The position numbers and the translations under genes are program-made. Shown here one piece after another: positions 61,531-64,000 of a stretch of DNA of 64,000 bases (positions are counted from its first letter, which is position 1; the number at the start of each line of letters is the position of its first letter). The stretch comes from an uncultured delta proteobacterium (GTDB lineage: Bacteria; Desulfobacterota; Desulfobulbia; Desulfobulbales; Desulfocapsaceae), in NCBI GenBank assembly GCA_963829695.1, contig CAWHJQ010000023.1:353814-417813 (forward strand). The letters run 5' to 3'. The notes under the pieces are model-generated. The model was not told the origin of the DNA. It ran no database searches and was given only the letters and a program-made list of their open reading frames with translations.

Positions 61531-62510
61531 CGGTGCAGGCTTTCGGTGGTTAAAGACTGCGCGACAACGCTCCAGCCCTTTGGCGAACGTAAGATAGCCC
61601 CTTTGTTCTCAAGATCTGTCAGTGTGTCGCCAAGCTTTTGGTTGTTGATCCCCAGTTTTTCTCTTATACAGGTACGAGTTAAAGGTTTTCCCGCATTGAT
61701 CAATAAGGGCAGTAGCCGATCCGGCAGCAAAGAGGACGGCGTCGCTAGCTGGTCTGCGGCAACCACCTCAAGATGGGCTGCGGAGCCGTCATCTTTTGCG
61801 ACCAGTTGCACATCAAAAGGATCGAGAGGCCTTGCCGATCGATGCTCCAGGGTAAGCACGATCCGGTCATCCTTGCGGGCCAGATATGCATTGGAATCGC
61901 CAAAAGCATGGAGGTCGGAACTGCCCCTGAGGGCCTGCCCCGATCGGGCTCTATGCTTTTTTCCGGCATGATGCACCAGGACGATAGCGGTATTGTACGT
62001 TCGCTGTAACTGCCGGAAAAAGCCGAGCAGCAGGGAGACATCCGCGGCACTGTTTTCATCGCCACAATGCAACCGGACTAACGGATCAAGGACCAGGAGT
62101 TTTGGCCGTAATGCGGCAAGTGTTGCCTCAAGACGCTGCTGATCCGCGGCAAGATCGAGGCGCATGGCCTGTTCGGTGATGACATAGAGTTCAAGCAGGT
62201 TGATATCAAGCCCTCGATGGCTGCATATCGCCTCAATGCGGTTTCTGACGGCGGCACAACCATCTTCCGCCAGGAACACGAGCACCGGCCCCGGACTCTT
62301 CACCTGGAACCTGCCCATACACGGCGTTGCCGAGGCGACACTGATCGCCATGTCAAGACCAAGCCACGACTTGCAGCACTTGGGTTGTCCTCCTATCAGG
62401 CCGACGGCGGATTGCCCCCACAAGGAATCAATAAGCCATTCCTGCCCGGCAGTTTGTCTTTCCAGCTCTTTTGCCGGACAGAAACGGAAGGTATCATCGG
62501 CTACGCCCAT
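61527..62510 (-). CDS. AAA_25 / RepA-like RecA-fold (SF4-type) helicase with C-terminal HTH-like region
   Basis: WLIDSLW, GQPKCCKS (variant Walker A), AED, LLVLDPL..H..DEN, LVHH..K, RGSS. Confidence 0.8.
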   Translation of the reverse strand: MGVADDTFRFCPAKELERQTAGQEWLIDSLWGQSAVGLIGGQPKCCKSWLGLDMAISVASATPCMGRFQVKSPGPVLVFLAEDGCAAVRNRIEAICSHRGLDINLLELYVITEQAMRLDLAADQQRLEATLAALRPKLLVLDPLVRLHCGDENSAADVSLLLGFFRQLQRTYNTAIVLVHHAGKKHRARSGQALRGSSDLHAFGDSNAYLARKDDRIVLTLEHRSARPLDPFDVQLVAKDDGSAAHLEVVAADQLATPSSLLPDRLLPLLINAGKPLTRTCIREKLGINNQKLGDTLTDLENKGAILRSPKGWSVVAQSLTTESLHR

Positions 62511-63307
62511 AACATCCCCCTTGCCTCGGTGACGTGATTGGCATCGACTCTATCACAGCCATGGTCATGGGCGACTTCAAGAGATTTAAGGGACAACTGA
62601 TCTGTTGCCCTGAGGTTGCCTCGGCCGATCTCATAAAGGGCTTCCATGGCGCTATTGCCAAAGGGACAGTCAGCAGGACCGGCGATGCGGCATCGGTGTT
62701 GAATATATTGCCCTATTTCCTTGCGGGAGAGCAACCTGATGGAGGCGCAGTGGGCAATACGGTGGGCGACATCTTCAACCTTTGGATGTTGCAACATCTT
62801 TTTCAGAGGCGCCTGACCAGCCAGGATAAGGCTCACCACCAGGCGGTTATCCATTTCAAAGTTGGTAAGGACCCGGAAAAGACCAAGCACCTCGGGCCTG
62901 ATATCATGCGCCTCGTCAAGAATGACCACGGGACGTATACCGTCTATGTCCAAAGAAGAGGAGAAACGCTCTTGCAATCGGCGGACCAGGGCAGGATAAT
63001 TACCGGCGGGTTCAGCGCCGACCGAGACGGCAATCTCCCTGCAGAAATCACGCTTGGAGAGGTCGGTTACCTTGAGGTAATGTACCCGGTAGCGCGCCTC
63101 CGGCAACTTGGCTTTCAATGCCCTCAGCAATGCGGTCTTCCCTGTCCCCGCGGGAGCGATCAGGGCGGCGGACATCCTTTTGTGCACTGTCCGGCAGAGA
63201 TGCTCCAAAGGGTGCTGGTAGATCTCATTGATAAAATACTCCTCCACCCGGATTTCACAGGTGAAGGGGGTAGTGGCGAAGCCGAAACGACTGATAAAAT
63301 CCTGCAT
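62501..63307 (-). CDS. ExeA/TnsC/MuB-like AAA+ ATPase
   Basis: FGFATTPF, APAGTGKT, ILDEAH, LILAGQ, GNLR. Confidence 0.87.
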   Translation of the reverse strand: MQDFISRFGFATTPFTCEIRVEEYFINEIYQHPLEHLCRTVHKRMSAALIAPAGTGKTALLRALKAKLPEARYRVHYLKVTDLSKRDFCREIAVSVGAEPAGNYPALVRRLQERFSSSLDIDGIRPVVILDEAHDIRPEVLGLFRVLTNFEMDNRLVVSLILAGQAPLKKMLQHPKVEDVAHRIAHCASIRLLSRKEIGQYIQHRCRIAGPADCPFGNSAMEALYEIGRGNLRATDQLSLKSLEVAHDHGCDRVDANHVTEARGMLWA

Positions 63308-64000
63308 TATTTGTCTCCTTTTTGTCCGGTAAAGCCTCCGTCGGCATCGACGATCGGCAACATGTCCTGCTTGAATGCAATATCGGCACTGCTTTTCGTA
63401 TGTTTTTGCGGCGGTTCATCGACGTTGCCATGGTTTGCGGCTCTCTTGTCGCGGGCATTACTGATGAGATCGACCGGGGCAAGTTTGATCAAACGTCCCT
63501 GGTCAATAAAAGAGAGGGTGTTGTCCAGGACATTGCGCTGTATAACAACCGTGGTTCCGGCATGTCCCCTTGGCATTTCATAGGGGATGGCGTCGATGGA
63601 GACGATATTGTCGCCAGCGACCTGTCGTTTTTCATGCAGGACAAACGAGTTGTCGAGGTTTTGCTCGTTTTCAACAAAGCGAAGTTTTTTGCAATCGTTA
63701 TGAAATCTTGACCAGGGCGTCTCTTTTGCGAGGCTTTCATGTGGCGTTTGATTGTATTGGTGGGTAATATAATGGCTCAGGCGCAGGGTAAGTGCCGAAC
63801 AGGCGGAGTCAACTTCCGGGTTGCCGTCAAAATGGCGAAGACACTGTTGCTTGACGCTCTGGTTGAATCGCTCAATTTTCCCGTGCCCCTCAGGGTATGC
63901 CCGGGTGCCGTGGATACATAAAATATCCAGGTTCTTGAGTACATTGATGGTATCATGGGCGATGAAACCGGGACCGTTATCAAGAAAGATACTGGTCATC
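63307..64000 (-). CDS. DDE transposase with Mu-transposase-like C-terminal domain (5'-truncated by window)
   Basis: LDNGPGF (second catalytic Asp), YPEGHGKIERF (Glu), YNQTPHESL..TP, RQV..D..VS....YE. Confidence 0.88.
   Translation of the reverse strand, partial: MTSIFLDNGPGFIAHDTINVLKNLDILCIHGTRAYPEGHGKIERFNQSVKQQCLRHFDGNPEVDSACSALTLRLSHYITHQYNQTPHESLAKETPWSRFHNDCKKLRFVENEQNLDNSFVLHEKRQVAGDNIVSIDAIPYEMPRGHAGTTVVIQRNVLDNTLSFIDQGRLIKLAPVDLISNARDKRAANHGNVDEPPQKHTKSSADIAFKQDMLPIVDADGGFTGQKGDK

Larger units (their letters stand above)
44081..64000. mobile_element. Putative tRNA-integrated genomic island (extends beyond window)
   Basis: Bounded by the tRNA 3' fragment; accessory content, dense frameshifts and a nested transposon. 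No integrase within the window. Confidence 0.6.
60468..64000 (-). mobile_element. Mu/Tn7-like DDE transposon with ATPase, helicase and primase genes (one end visible)
   Basis: Starts TGTTACGTTGCAA with GTTGCAA repeated 23 bp further in; visibly more GC-rich than the flank; four overlapping co-oriented genes. Confidence 0.8.

Noticed and set aside
62501-63307. ExeA as a type II secretion component linked to the Tad locus
   Set aside because: Translationally coupled to a DDE transposase and lacks the membrane and peptidoglycan-binding extension; fits a transposition ATPase.
62534-63583. 349-aa plus-strand ORF inside the transposon
   Set aside because: Antisense shadow of the ATPase and transposase genes; no recognisable motifs.

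Overview
64-kb chromosomal window, probably from a sulfate-reducing deltaproteobacterium (Desulfobulbales/Desulfocapsaceae-like; inferred from gene content only). Positions 1-44 kb are intact core genome: a purD-purE fusion, tsaC, ettA, a PsrA/PhsA-type molybdoenzyme operon, ppaC, tolQRAB-cpoB, an accessory type II FAS cluster with two phytoene-dehydrogenase-like enzymes, murJ, an EF-G paralogue, purM, pepA and an adenylate cyclase. This part also holds a hidden UGA-readthrough (selenocysteine) UshA-like tetraheme protein and at least three families of small non-autonomous repeats (MITE-like). A tRNA-Glu-like 3' fragment at 44058-44080 marks the probable edge of a genomic island running past the window end. 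The island carries a heavily frameshifted Tad/Flp pilus locus and glycosylation genes. Inserted into a methyltransferase gene at 60468 is an intact TGT-ended transposon whose coupled operon encodes a Mu-like DDE transposase, an ExeA/TnsC-like ATPase, an AAA_25/RepA-like helicase and a DnaG-like primase. This candidate self-priming replicative transposon is the most novel-looking system here. All calls come from reading the sequence and recognising motifs; no database searches were run.
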